In this document: in pieces, positions 8,684 to 18,225 of the stretch | How positions within the stretch are numbered: position 1 is the first letter of the stretch | Layout of the letters: every line of letters starts with the position of its first letter | Origin: a virus | Lineage: Duplodnaviria > Heunggongvirae > Uroviricota > Caudoviricetes | IMG/VR virus record: IMGVR_UViG_2531839524_000011 | Direction: 5' to 3' (one strand) | DNA length: 38,945 bases | Notes under the pieces: generated by a model | Seen by the model: only the letters and a program-made list of their open reading frames with translations | Told to the model about the DNA's origin: nothing | Databases searched by the model: none | Translations under genes and position numbers: made by a program

Positions 8684-8728
8684 AGCGCGCACAAAACAGG
8701 CAAAAACGGGATTTCAGAATCCCGTAAA
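8616..8728. repeat. Two roughly 39-bp direct repeats, each containing a palindrome (cgggatt...aatcccg); candidate ParR-binding centromere/operator
   Basis: acaaaaaacagacagaaacgggattcacaaatcccgtaaa (about 8616..8655) and acaaaacaggcaaaaacgggatttcagaatcccgtaaa (about 8691..8728), straddling the A stop and the parM promoter. Confidence 0.6.
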
Positions 8729-8759
8729 CGATTAATTAATCAACATAAGGAAAAGCGAC

Positions 8760-9719
8760 ATGAAAATTTGTATCGACGACGGCTCCACCAACATCAAGCT
8801 GGCATGGACTGAGAACGGCGAACGCCGCAACGCCATCAGCCCGAACAGCTTCAAGTCGGAATGGTCTGCGCCGTTCGGCGGCACGCAGCCCGCGAACTAC
8901 ATGCTTGATGGCGTGCGCTATGGTTTTGATCCGGTCAGCGATCGCTTTGTCCAGACGACCGACACGCAATACCAGTACAGCGATGTGAATGTCATTGCCA
9001 TTCATCACGCGCTGGTCAAATCAGGCATCACGCCACAGGAGGTGGATGTGGTTGTCACCCTGCCACTGAGCGAGTATTTCGACACAAACGCACAGCCGGA
9101 CATGGCCAACATCAACCGCAAAAAAGCGAACGTTATGCGCCCGGTGGAGTACCAGAACGGCGAAGCATTCACTATCCGTAACGTGCGGGTTATGCCTGAA
9201 TCCATTCCGGCTGGCTTTAAGGCACTGGCTGACATGAGTCCGTTTGAATCCCTGCTGATTGTGGATTTGGGCGGAACCACGCTGGATGTGGCAAAGGTTC
9301 AGGGGCAACTGGCAGGTATCAGCCAGGTGTTTTGCGATCCACACGTAGGCGTTTCCCTGATGGCCGATGCCGTACTGTCGGTGATGGCCACTAACGGTAT
9401 GCGTACCAGTCACCACATCGCCAATACCATTATCGAACATCGCCATGATGAAGCCTGGCTGCGCCAGCACATCCACAATGACGCGCATTACGCCAGCCTG
9501 ATGGCGGTTATTCGTGAAAAGGAAGAAACACTGAAACAACGCGTGATCCGCGCGCTGGCGGTTTTTTCGGGTTACGGGCGGGTGATGGTTGTCGGTGGCG
9601 GGGCGGAGATTGTGGCACCCGCTATCCGCGAAGCCTGCGGAGTTAATGCGACTTTCATCGCGGATGGGGTGCCACAGTTTGCTCTGGTTAATGGGCTGTA
9701 CGCAATGGACAAGGAGTAA
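8760..9719 (+). CDS. parM: ParM/StbA-like actin-family partition ATPase
   Basis: 319 aa; MKICIDDGSTNIKLAW, YSDVNVIAIHHAL, MPESIPAG, LIVDLGGTTLD and VMVVGGGAE match the plasmid R1 ParM (StbA) signature blocks as I recall them. Confidence 0.85.
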   Translation: MKICIDDGSTNIKLAWTENGERRNAISPNSFKSEWSAPFGGTQPANYMLDGVRYGFDPVSDRFVQTTDTQYQYSDVNVIAIHHALVKSGITPQEVDVVVTLPLSEYFDTNAQPDMANINRKKANVMRPVEYQNGEAFTIRNVRVMPESIPAGFKALADMSPFESLLIVDLGGTTLDVAKVQGQLAGISQVFCDPHVGVSLMADAVLSVMATNGMRTSHHIANTIIEHRHDEAWLRQHIHNDAHYASLMAVIREKEETLKQRVIRALAVFSGYGRVMVVGGGAEIVAPAIREACGVNATFIADGVPQFALVNGLYAMDKE

Positions 9720-9723
9720 ACCA

Positions 9724-10035
9724 ATGACGACACCAACCAGACGGATAAGTTTCTATCTGAAGCCCGCCGCCGTCAAGAACGAAGGCGAAGCATGCGCCTG
9801 GCTGGACAGCCTTACACCAGAAGCCCGCAAAAGCGGCCAACGCGTGGCTTTTCTGGCCGGGCTGGCACTACTGAAAATGAATCCGGCAGATGCTTACCGA
9901 CTGGCTGCATGGGCTGATGATGAGGCGTTATCAGTGACACAAACCAGGACAGAACGCCCCGCGTCACAGCCAGTATCAACCGCACAGATAACCAGTCAGA
10001 TGGCCGGAAATATCCGGGCGTTATTTCCCGATTAG
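9724..10035 (+). CDS. parR: ParR/StbB-like partition adaptor (ribbon-helix-helix type)
   Basis: 103 aa from ATG 9724; RRISFYLKP...RVAFLAGLALLK resembles the R1 ParR N-terminus (RTIAFKLNP...RAALTAGLALYR) as recalled; immediately downstream of parM. Confidence 0.6.
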   Translation: MTTPTRRISFYLKPAAVKNEGEACAWLDSLTPEARKSGQRVAFLAGLALLKMNPADAYRLAAWADDEALSVTQTRTERPASQPVSTAQITSQMAGNIRALFPD

Positions 10036-10164
10036 AACTTTGCACGGGCGGTTTCCAGTTCTGAAAACAATCAGCAAAGAAGGTGTCGAACGTCAAAGAT
10101 ATAAGGCCGCCTAGCTGGCGGTCTTGTGTCTTAAAATATGTTTATCTTAATGAGGATTATAATT

Positions 10165-10689
10165 TTATGAAAAATAATCATCATGAGAGGAAACATGCAA
10201 ATTATAATCACTCAATTGGGGAATAATCCCCCTACTCCAAAGCAACGTTTTATTTAGTCCAAGTCCATCTAATTTCATCATCCTGTTGCGCAGCGCAATG
10301 AACTCATTCTTGAAGTTATCTGCAGAGATGATTTTTGGGCAAAAACAAGAATACAATTTTCTGTTACTTACGCCACAAGCATTGGCAAGCTCATCCTCAA
10401 AATTGCTTGTTTGTTGAAATAGGTGGATTGTGTGTTTTTTCGCCTTTAATAGATTTAGGTTATTCTTAAATCTACCAAGATTCTCAATCCTATCCGTATC
10501 AAAAACCACTATAATTTCGCTATTTTCGGTTAATGCTGGCATGTATTTATTTATATTAACATTCCATAAATTAGCAATTACTATTTTCTTAATAGGATAG
10601 CCTAGCAATGTTTTGAAATCCTGAAACAATGCTTTTTCCGTATCTCCCTCAACGAGAATGATAGCAAATTTCTTAACTGCCATAATCAA
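10165..10689 (-). CDS. TOPRIM-domain protein (OLD-family C-terminal-half-like / AriB-like), 174 aa
   Basis: N-terminal ILVEGDTEK conserved glutamate followed by IIVVFDTD (DxD), the TOPRIM metal-binding signature; start overlaps the ATPase stop (ATGA); very AT-rich. Confidence 0.6.
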   Translation of the reverse strand: MIMAVKKFAIILVEGDTEKALFQDFKTLLGYPIKKIVIANLWNVNINKYMPALTENSEIIVVFDTDRIENLGRFKNNLNLLKAKKHTIHLFQQTSNFEDELANACGVSNRKLYSCFCPKIISADNFKNEFIALRNRMMKLDGLGLNKTLLWSRGIIPQLSDYNLHVSSHDDYFS

Positions 10690-11885
10690 TCCTCAAATAG
10701 CATCTCTTCGATTAATGAAACGTCAGGTATTGTTGCAAAACAGTCATTTTTTACTTTATTTAAAAGATTGCGATCATTCTTTTTATGATGTGTGGTAGCT
10801 TCAACAAAAGTGGTTAAACCATCTACTTTTTTAGTAAAAGTATATGAATGCGTAGGCAGATCTAAGCTCAAGATATCATAATTATGTGTGGTGTATATAA
10901 ATTGACCATACCTGCAAAGCTTAGATATAATCAGTGTGACCATCATTTTTTCTAATTCAGTATGAGTGAAGGCCATTTTCTCATCCAAAAAGTACACCCC
11001 ACTGCAAGGGAAATTGAACTCACGCTCTTCTATTTTATCTTCAAGCACTCCTGACAGGAGATGGGATATTTTTACTGCCTCATAAGTACCACGAGACAGT
11101 CTATCTTTATTTGTTATATCACCTTCCATATCAATAATAACTCTATCTCCATTATTGAAGACTACTGAATACCCCTGCAAATCCTCCTTTCCCTCATCAT
11201 CTTTAAGAGTGAGTCCTGAGACAGATTTAACAGTATTGTCAAAAGTTTTTAATATGCTATTAAGCACATTCTTCTTAATTCGGGATATTTTATCCGTGTT
11301 CTCTTGGTTTTCAGATAGAATGAAATGCCAACCAAGAACAAAGTCCAAATCCTCTAAATATTGGGAAAATTCTTTTGAGTTAGCGTTTTCAGTTGAAAAA
11401 AATCTATTTTGACCATTTAATTCAAACTTTTGCGCATCCCACACAGCATCCAATCTTTTGGTCGTCTTTGCGCATGATTCCGAGCTTCTTAAATCAACAG
11501 ATGCCATTGCAATTTTTTCTACAACAACAGACTCATCCATAGCCCTAAGCCAGAAACCTGCCCTAAACAAACATTTTAAATGACTCTGGAAAAAGTCAAC
11601 CTCTATATATGCAGGTTTTCTTTTGTCAGTAATTTTTAACGGTTCTGGATTAAAAACACCACTACTGAGAAAACGCAACACAGAAAGCATCACGCGACCA
11701 AGAGATGTTTTACCAGATGCATTAGCACCAGAAACGATGCAAACCTTTTTGAAGTAGAATTTTTCAAATCCATCAATGTACTCACCTTCCAGTGAGCTGT
11801 TGACCGGGGGTCTGGAGAAGCTTAAGTCAAGGATGCTATTTTCAAAGCAAAAAAGATTATCGATTCTGATTTTTGTAAAAGCCAT
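10686..11885 (-). CDS. ABC/SMC-type ATPase (OLD-family N-terminal-half-like / AriA-like), 399 aa
   Basis: Walker A GANASGKTS; ABC-signature-like LSRGTYEAV; Walker B VYFLDE; H-loop IYTTHN; AT-rich island located in the P2 tin/old slot between A/par and portal Q. Confidence 0.75.
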   Translation of the reverse strand: MAFTKIRIDNLFCFENSILDLSFSRPPVNSSLEGEYIDGFEKFYFKKVCIVSGANASGKTSLGRVMLSVLRFLSSGVFNPEPLKITDKRKPAYIEVDFFQSHLKCLFRAGFWLRAMDESVVVEKIAMASVDLRSSESCAKTTKRLDAVWDAQKFELNGQNRFFSTENANSKEFSQYLEDLDFVLGWHFILSENQENTDKISRIKKNVLNSILKTFDNTVKSVSGLTLKDDEGKEDLQGYSVVFNNGDRVIIDMEGDITNKDRLSRGTYEAVKISHLLSGVLEDKIEEREFNFPCSGVYFLDEKMAFTHTELEKMMVTLIISKLCRYGQFIYTTHNYDILSLDLPTHSYTFTKKVDGLTTFVEATTHHKKNDRNLLNKVKNDCFATIPDVSLIEEMLFED

Positions 11886-12421
11886 TTTGTTCCACCTTTT
11901 GGAAGTAAATATTGCTATCTGTTGAGTTTACATGTAATGAGCTGGTAAGCAATACAGGGATTCGATTTATCGCAAAATAGTGCACAAATTTGCACAATTT
12001 TTTTGAATGATTTTTTGCCCTTCCAGCCCGCATGGCGGCTGGATCCGTCAAGGATCCGTGCGTGCACAAAAAAACGCGTTTTTTCTGCGCGCAGGTGACG
12101 GGGGAACAGCCCGCGTTTCAGGGGGTAAATAGCATTCCCTGAGCGATGTCGCAGCGACACAACAGAATGGCCATATTTCTCACGCTGAGCGTGAAAAATA
12201 TGTGAGGGCTTTTGATTTGATGGGGTGAAAGGTAAGGCCGTCAAAATCGCACTGAGGCGGCGAGAACATACAGTCAACGCGGTAGGATTGCGTAAGAGTC
12301 TGACTGTCGATGGTGGCGATAAACTGGAAGGCGTCGTGAAATTATCTGATTGATACAGGAGCTGGAGAGTCGGGGCATAAATTTTTTATGCCCCGGCGAA
12401 GCAGCAGACAAGCGAAGCGCG

Positions 12422-13468
12422 TCAGGATGTGGGCTGAGTATCTAACAGTGCGTAAGGGTTAAAGCGGATCACCTCTTCGCCAAGCCAGTCATTGATGTGC
12501 TTCATGGCCTCCATGACGGGCATCAGCTCGTTAATTGCGTAAACCCGCGCGGCCTTCTCCACATCACCAAACGCACTTTTTTCACCCGGCATCGCCCCCA
12601 TCAGTTGCGGCGGAACGCGGTGCGCAGCCAGCACATCATCACGGGATGCCGCCTTAACATTCATGAACTCATCCTTTGCGGTGATCTGCTGGAACGGCAA
12701 AATTTGCACACCTTCTTTGCCACCGTTGGGCGCATGAATGAGCACGTTTTTAAATGCACCACCACCACGTGCACCCTGTAGCGTTTCCTTCAGGGAGTCC
12801 ATGCTTTCGCGGTTTACCTGCGCTGCACCGATGTAGATGATGCACCCGGCGTGGGATCCATTGTCGTAGTACAGTTTTCTGAACATGTCCGCCGAATGAG
12901 ACAGGCTGGCCGAGAGTAATGCGCCGAGATATTCCGGCATGCCGTAGATTTCCTGGTTAATGTCAGGATTCATCAGGTGGCACACTTTGCCAGGGCGAAA
13001 CTGAAACGCATCCTTACCATCCTGCACATACCACCATGATTCAAGATCGCTTCCGCGTCGCATGTATTTCGCCAGGGCGTGCCGTAATTTAAGCGGTTCG
13101 CCGAGCATATTGCTCCGAAGCTCAAGGAATGCGTTACCGAACACAAACCAGTCCAGCGCCAGCGCCGAGAAATCCTGCCGGGAAAGCAGCGGGTGCGGGA
13201 TGTAGCAACCGAGCAATACATTACGCTTAAAGTAAAGCGCAGACTGATGCCAGGACGTTTGCCGGGCAGCTCTTGCCAGACCGTACCAGTCCACCGGGGT
13301 TTCATACCACCGCCCGTTATCAGCACAGTACATATTGTCCAGCAAATCATGCCCGGTCAGGCGATAAGGACCATCAAATGTGAATGCACTGAGCGACGAT
13401 TCTTTCCTGAGCGCATCAGCGAGATCAATGCGTGAACTCATGCGCACTTTTTTATTTTTTCTGCTCAT
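12422..13468 (-). CDS. Q: Portal protein (P2 gpQ-like)
   Basis: 348 aa; position and orientation next to the terminase large subunit as in P2; size matches gpQ. Confidence 0.85.
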   Translation of the reverse strand: MSRKNKKVRMSSRIDLADALRKESSLSAFTFDGPYRLTGHDLLDNMYCADNGRWYETPVDWYGLARAARQTSWHQSALYFKRNVLLGCYIPHPLLSRQDFSALALDWFVFGNAFLELRSNMLGEPLKLRHALAKYMRRGSDLESWWYVQDGKDAFQFRPGKVCHLMNPDINQEIYGMPEYLGALLSASLSHSADMFRKLYYDNGSHAGCIIYIGAAQVNRESMDSLKETLQGARGGGAFKNVLIHAPNGGKEGVQILPFQQITAKDEFMNVKAASRDDVLAAHRVPPQLMGAMPGEKSAFGDVEKAARVYAINELMPVMEAMKHINDWLGEEVIRFNPYALLDTQPTS

Positions 13469-15219
13469 CAGAACTCCATAACCGTAAAACGCTCGTTTTC
13501 TCCTTCGCCGCCAATCGGTTCGTTAATGACAGCAAGCATGGTTGCCCACGCAAGGTCGCCGTGGCTGATCCCCCTCGCACGGTCCGTTTCGTAAGTGATA
13601 AAGCCGCCCGGTGTTTTCACCTTACGCACGGCGTTAAAGGCTGCGACCAGCTCGCGTTCGGCGCGATCATATTCCCACCGTCCGGCACGCATTATTTGCA
13701 GCATTTTCAGTACCAGCGACCGTTTTGATGACAGCGTGAAGGTGTACGGAATAGCAGCAGGGAAAAACCGTTTCACTATCTGATAAACAGCCTCCCCGTT
13801 CCCGCCCGTCACATCAATGCCGATGTGTTCCACGTTGTAGCGACACGTGAACTCTTCAATGACTCTGGCCTGTTCTTCAAACTCCAGCCCCTGAACGCGT
13901 CGCGTCTCCACCGTTCGAAAACGGCCTCCAGGAACAGCCGGAGGAACCACCACGGACACAGCGCCGCTGTCGCCGTTTCCACTGCTGCCGTTTGCATCAT
14001 ACCCAATCCATACCGGACGATTCCCCATCGGGCGGGGAGCAAAAGGTTTCCAGTCTTTCCAGTCGTCGTATCCGTCAACGCCGCAGCCAATCAGGATATT
14101 CAGGTTAAATACCGATTCCCCTTCGCGGACAAACTCACACATATAGAGATTGCGGAACTCGTCTTCGGTGTTTTCATCACGAATTTCGTCAATATCGGTG
14201 TGTTTCCAGCCGTGATTAACCACATCTTCCAGCGTGACAATTTGCCGCCACGTCCGGTCAGGGCAGATAAGCCCGTTATGCAGCGTTTTCCAGTCCACAG
14301 AAAAACGCTGGCGTTTATGCGTGGCCTTTTTCTCGTTCCAGCGGTCTCCGTTCCAGTAGGCGTATGCCTCGTGCGTTTCGGTGGATGGCGTGGAGAAGTA
14401 GGTGCGCCGCAGTCCGCTGAGGGTTGCCATAGCGCCAGCCACCTTGCGCAGTTCAGCAAAGCGACTGACCCAGAAAAATTCATCAAAATAAAAATTGCCC
14501 GTGTAGGACTGTGCCGTCGCAGCAGAAGTACCAAGAAAATGCAGCTCTGCGCCGTTGGAGAGGATGATTTTATCGCCCCCTTTCAGCTCCACATCAACTT
14601 CAGCCGCGGCCTTCTGAATAATGCTTTTAAACTGGAACGCCTGACGACGCGACGCAGACAAAAAAATCTGGTTACGCTGGTAAGGTTGCGCCACATCGTC
14701 ACGCAGCGCCATCAGCAGTGCTTCCTGAGCAAAATACCAGGTCGCCCCAATCTGTCGGGATTTCAGGATCATCCTGTTACGTATCCCGGCTTCCCTGCAA
14801 AGGGTCAGGGAGTCAAACCAGCCCCGCTGATGCCACTCCAGCCTGCTGATGATTTTTTCCCGCAGTGCGGCAATCTGTTCCGGCGTGAAATGATTTTTGA
14901 GTTTTTTCGCCCGGCTTTTCTTTCCTGTGGCCGTCGCATCCGGCTGGCCATCATGCAGTTTTTTAAGCTGCCGGGTCAGCAGGTCTATTTCCTTGAAGTC
15001 ACCACCTGTTTTATTCTGTTTTTCAGTAAGCTGGATGAGGCGCGCATCGATGGACTGCGTGACACGCTGCACGGGTGGTGTTTCATCCCACTGGTCGCGT
15101 TTTTTCCACGCATAAATCGTGTTCGGGTTTATTCCCATCAGACGTGATATTTCTGCGGGCGGATAACCCTGCCAGTAAAGTTGCCGCGCACGCTGGCGCA
15201 CAAAAGCGTCCTGAATCAT
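13468..15219 (-). CDS. P: Terminase large (ATPase) subunit (P2 gpP-like)
   Basis: 583 aa; N-terminal HTH-like MIQDAFVRQRARQLYWQGYPPAEISRLMGINPNTIYAWKKRD; size and position match gpP; 1-bp overlap with Q. Confidence 0.9.
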   Translation of the reverse strand: MIQDAFVRQRARQLYWQGYPPAEISRLMGINPNTIYAWKKRDQWDETPPVQRVTQSIDARLIQLTEKQNKTGGDFKEIDLLTRQLKKLHDGQPDATATGKKSRAKKLKNHFTPEQIAALREKIISRLEWHQRGWFDSLTLCREAGIRNRMILKSRQIGATWYFAQEALLMALRDDVAQPYQRNQIFLSASRRQAFQFKSIIQKAAAEVDVELKGGDKIILSNGAELHFLGTSAATAQSYTGNFYFDEFFWVSRFAELRKVAGAMATLSGLRRTYFSTPSTETHEAYAYWNGDRWNEKKATHKRQRFSVDWKTLHNGLICPDRTWRQIVTLEDVVNHGWKHTDIDEIRDENTEDEFRNLYMCEFVREGESVFNLNILIGCGVDGYDDWKDWKPFAPRPMGNRPVWIGYDANGSSGNGDSGAVSVVVPPAVPGGRFRTVETRRVQGLEFEEQARVIEEFTCRYNVEHIGIDVTGGNGEAVYQIVKRFFPAAIPYTFTLSSKRSLVLKMLQIMRAGRWEYDRAERELVAAFNAVRKVKTPGGFITYETDRARGISHGDLAWATMLAVINEPIGGEGENERFTVMEF

Positions 15220-15373
15220 TGCTCCCCCTGAGTAATTACAGGAAGATTACCCGCGCGCGAAACCGTTCTCCTTAACCCCCTGTTCTGGCCGTTTTCTTAC
15301 AACAAAAGCCCTTTGTATCAGCCTGTTACGCTTTGCCATCATGACTGAAGAACCAGTCAGAGGGGCAAAAACT

Positions 15374-16210
15374 ATGACTAATGAAAAAAAGACATCCCGC
15401 AAAAAGTTTCGCGTGGCTGTCTCCGGTGTGACGGCAGACGGGCGCGAAATCAACGGCGACATGCTGAAAGCTGCCGCCACCAGTTATAACCCGTCCGTTT
15501 ATGGTGCACGTGTGAATATTGAGCACATCCTGTCACCACTCCCCGGTAGCGAGTTTTCCGCTATGGGCGATGTTGTGGGGTTGAGCACCGAAGACATAAC
15601 CGATGGCCCGCTGGCAGGCCGCACGGCACTGTATGCCGAAATTGAGCCGACCGCTCGCATGATGTCCCTGCTTAACGATGGTAAAAAAATTTACTCCAGT
15701 ATTGAGCTGGAACCACAGTCAACCATCACGGGAGGCCCTTACCTGCGCGGGCTGGCAATGACCGACACCCCCGCCAGCCTGGGCACGGAACGTCTGGCCT
15801 TTGCGGCACAACAACGTATGCAACTGATGACATTCAACTGTCAGCAGGGAGACGTGGCGATGTTCACCGCCGCTATGGAGTCAGAACTTATCGAACTCAC
15901 CGAACAACGTCAGGAAGAAGGCACCCAGTGGCTTAACCGCGTTATGGGGATTATTGGCCGTGGCCGCAAAGCGGATGACGCCAGTTTCTCCCGTATTCAG
16001 GAAGCGGTGGAAGGTGTCGCAACGTCACAGGCCGACATTATCGACCGTTTTAATGCACTGGAAACCCGCCATCAGCAGGACAGCCAGAAAATCACTTCGC
16101 TGACCACAGAGCTGACAACACTGAAGGAAAAGCTGCGCACGCAGGACGGCGATCCGCAGAACCGGTTCACCGCAACGGGCGCAGCCTCCGACCAGCTGGC
16201 TGACTTCTGA
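15374..16210 (+). CDS. O: Capsid scaffolding protein (P2 gpO-like)
   Basis: MTNEKKTSRKKFRVAVSGVTADGREING...RVNIEHI resembles the P2 gpO N-terminus as recalled; ATG 15374 preferred over 15341; divergent from P. Confidence 0.85.
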   Translation: MTNEKKTSRKKFRVAVSGVTADGREINGDMLKAAATSYNPSVYGARVNIEHILSPLPGSEFSAMGDVVGLSTEDITDGPLAGRTALYAEIEPTARMMSLLNDGKKIYSSIELEPQSTITGGPYLRGLAMTDTPASLGTERLAFAAQQRMQLMTFNCQQGDVAMFTAAMESELIELTEQRQEEGTQWLNRVMGIIGRGRKADDASFSRIQEAVEGVATSQADIIDRFNALETRHQQDSQKITSLTTELTTLKEKLRTQDGDPQNRFTATGAASDQLADF

Positions 16211-16233
16211 TAAGACAAAGGAGCAAATTTTTT

Positions 16234-17286
16234 ATGAATCTGGTGATGTCAGATAATGCCCGTAACAAGCTGGGCTGCTACATGACGCGACAGGCGTCGA
16301 TTAACAATATCCCGGTTTCTGGACTGGTATCGCGATTTACCGTGGAACCCTCGGTGCAGCAGCGTTTTGAAAACGCCTCAAAGGATAGCACCGAACTTAC
16401 AAAAAAAATTAACGTGATCGGTGTGACCGACCAGAAAGGCGAAAAAGTCCTCATGGACACCACCGGGCCGATTGCGCGCACAAATACCAGTTATGACGGC
16501 ACAGATCGCCGCAACCCGATTAACGCTGTCGACCTGAAGTCCCGTCAGTACCAGTGTGAGCAGGTGAACTACGACACGTTTATTTCGTATCCGCAGCTTG
16601 ATGCCTGGGCGGCGCACAATGACTTCCAGACCCGCATCAGCGCACAGATTGCCCGACAGGTGGCGCTTGACCGCATCATGATCGGCTTTAACGGCACGTC
16701 ACACGCGGAAAAATCCAACTTCAGCACCAACAAGCTACTTCAGGACGTTAACGTGGGGTGGCTGGAGCACATCAGAACCAATGCCAGCGCGCGCGTAATG
16801 AATGACGTGACGCTGACCTCCCGCAACATGGACAACACCGTGGCGCACGCGGGTAAGTATGCGAACGCTGATGCACTGGTTCAGGACGCACGCTCATCCC
16901 TGCTGGATGAATGGCACAAGGAAGCTGACGACCTCGTGGTGATTATGGGACGCAACCTGTTTAACTCGCTGCGTCTGCCCGTGCTGAACAGCATCAGCGG
17001 CCAGAATCCCAATGCGGAATTACTCGCCGGGCAGCTCATCCTGTCATCGCGCACCATTGGCGGGCTGGGTGTGTTCCTTGCGCCGTTCTTCCCGGATGCA
17101 ACGATGCTGATCACCTCGTTCAACAACCTGTCGATTTACTGGCAGAAAGGTTCAATGCGTCGTCTGATGAAAGACGAACCGGAATACAACCGCATCGCCA
17201 CCTACCAGTCCATCAATGACGCTTATGTCGTTGAAGACTATGGCAAGTGTGCGATGGTCACTGGCCTGAAGTTCGCCGACAGCTAA
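16234..17286 (+). CDS. N: Major capsid protein (P2 gpN-like)
   Basis: 350 aa; aaggag RBS upstream of 16234; position between O and M (alternative start 16282). Confidence 0.9.
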   Translation: MNLVMSDNARNKLGCYMTRQASINNIPVSGLVSRFTVEPSVQQRFENASKDSTELTKKINVIGVTDQKGEKVLMDTTGPIARTNTSYDGTDRRNPINAVDLKSRQYQCEQVNYDTFISYPQLDAWAAHNDFQTRISAQIARQVALDRIMIGFNGTSHAEKSNFSTNKLLQDVNVGWLEHIRTNASARVMNDVTLTSRNMDNTVAHAGKYANADALVQDARSSLLDEWHKEADDLVVIMGRNLFNSLRLPVLNSISGQNPNAELLAGQLILSSRTIGGLGVFLAPFFPDATMLITSFNNLSIYWQKGSMRRLMKDEPEYNRIATYQSINDAYVVEDYGKCAMVTGLKFADS

Positions 17287-17331
17287 TCAACTCACGGCGG
17301 GCATCATGCCCGCCTGTAACGGAGAGAAAAA

Positions 17332-18132
17332 ATGATTACTCCTGCACAGCAACACTGGCAGAACGTGATGGCACAGCGCGCAGGCCGGGAGAATGAAGGC
17401 GTGGACCACGCCGCGCGTACCGCGCATGAAGAGGTGCTGTATCGTCTGCGTCTGGCACAGGCCCGGCTTAAGGGCGTACAGGCCAGAAGCGCGAAAGCCG
17501 CCATCAAAAAAGAGTTGTTGCCGGATTTTTCCGGCTGGATTGAGGGAACGCTGGAGGCTGACGGCGGGCAGCAGGATGAAGTGATTGCCACGCTGATGGT
17601 GTGGGCGATTGACTGCGGCGATCTTCCGCTGGCGTTGCGTATTGGTGCGTATGTGGTCCGTCATAACCTCATTATGCCGGATAACTTTGGCCGTACTGCT
17701 GCCACAGTGCTGACCGAAGAAATCTGCAACCCGGTACTGACGCAGGCCGGGACGGATGCCGACGCGGATTTGTCCGCCTTTATCGAACCACTGGATACCC
17801 TCCGGGAGATTGTCACCGACCAGGACATGCCGGACGAAGTGCGCACCAAATTATGCAAGGCGTGCGCCTTTGCCCGCCGTGGCCTGAGTGATGCGGACAG
17901 CATGGCCCTGTCACTGAAGCTGCTGCGCGAAGCAATGCACCTGAACCCGAATGCAGGTGTGAAACGCGAGATTGCAACCCTTTCCCGCGCCCTGAAAAAA
18001 GCCGATTCCGCAGCCGAACCAGAAGACGCCAGCGCACAGCAGGCGCAGGACGAAAGCAGCAAAAGTAAAAAGACAACGCGGAAGCCTGCAACACGAAAAA
18101 CCACCGCGACGCAGAAGGCGAAGCGCGGTTAA
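17332..18132 (+). CDS. M: Terminase small / endonuclease subunit (P2 gpM-like)
   Basis: 266 aa; position after N; basic lysine/threonine-rich C-terminus. Confidence 0.85.
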   Translation: MITPAQQHWQNVMAQRAGRENEGVDHAARTAHEEVLYRLRLAQARLKGVQARSAKAAIKKELLPDFSGWIEGTLEADGGQQDEVIATLMVWAIDCGDLPLALRIGAYVVRHNLIMPDNFGRTAATVLTEEICNPVLTQAGTDADADLSAFIEPLDTLREIVTDQDMPDEVRTKLCKACAFARRGLSDADSMALSLKLLREAMHLNPNAGVKREIATLSRALKKADSAAEPEDASAQQAQDESSKSKKTTRKPATRKTTATQKAKRG

Positions 18133-18225
18133 CGACTGACCCCGTCAGCGGGCGGCGTGCGCGGTGTTCCGGTTTGACTCCGTGACCGTTTACACCGCGC
18201 ACCCACCGCCCGATTTTTTTCAGGA

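Noticed and set aside
6435-8703. Several 80-160-aa minus-strand ORFs inside gene A
   Set aside because: All are antisense to the long, motif-bearing HUH initiator ORF; Arg/Cys/Ser-rich junk translations.
13825-15147. 440-aa plus-strand ORF
   Set aside because: Entirely antisense to the well-supported terminase large subunit gene; GC-rich artefact.
15220-15373. Ogr-dependent late promoter (TGT-N12-ACA) between P and O
   Set aside because: A TGT...ACA pair is present (tgttctggccgttttcttaca) but with N15 rather than N12 spacing by my count; a late promoter is expected here by synteny but I could not place it confidently.
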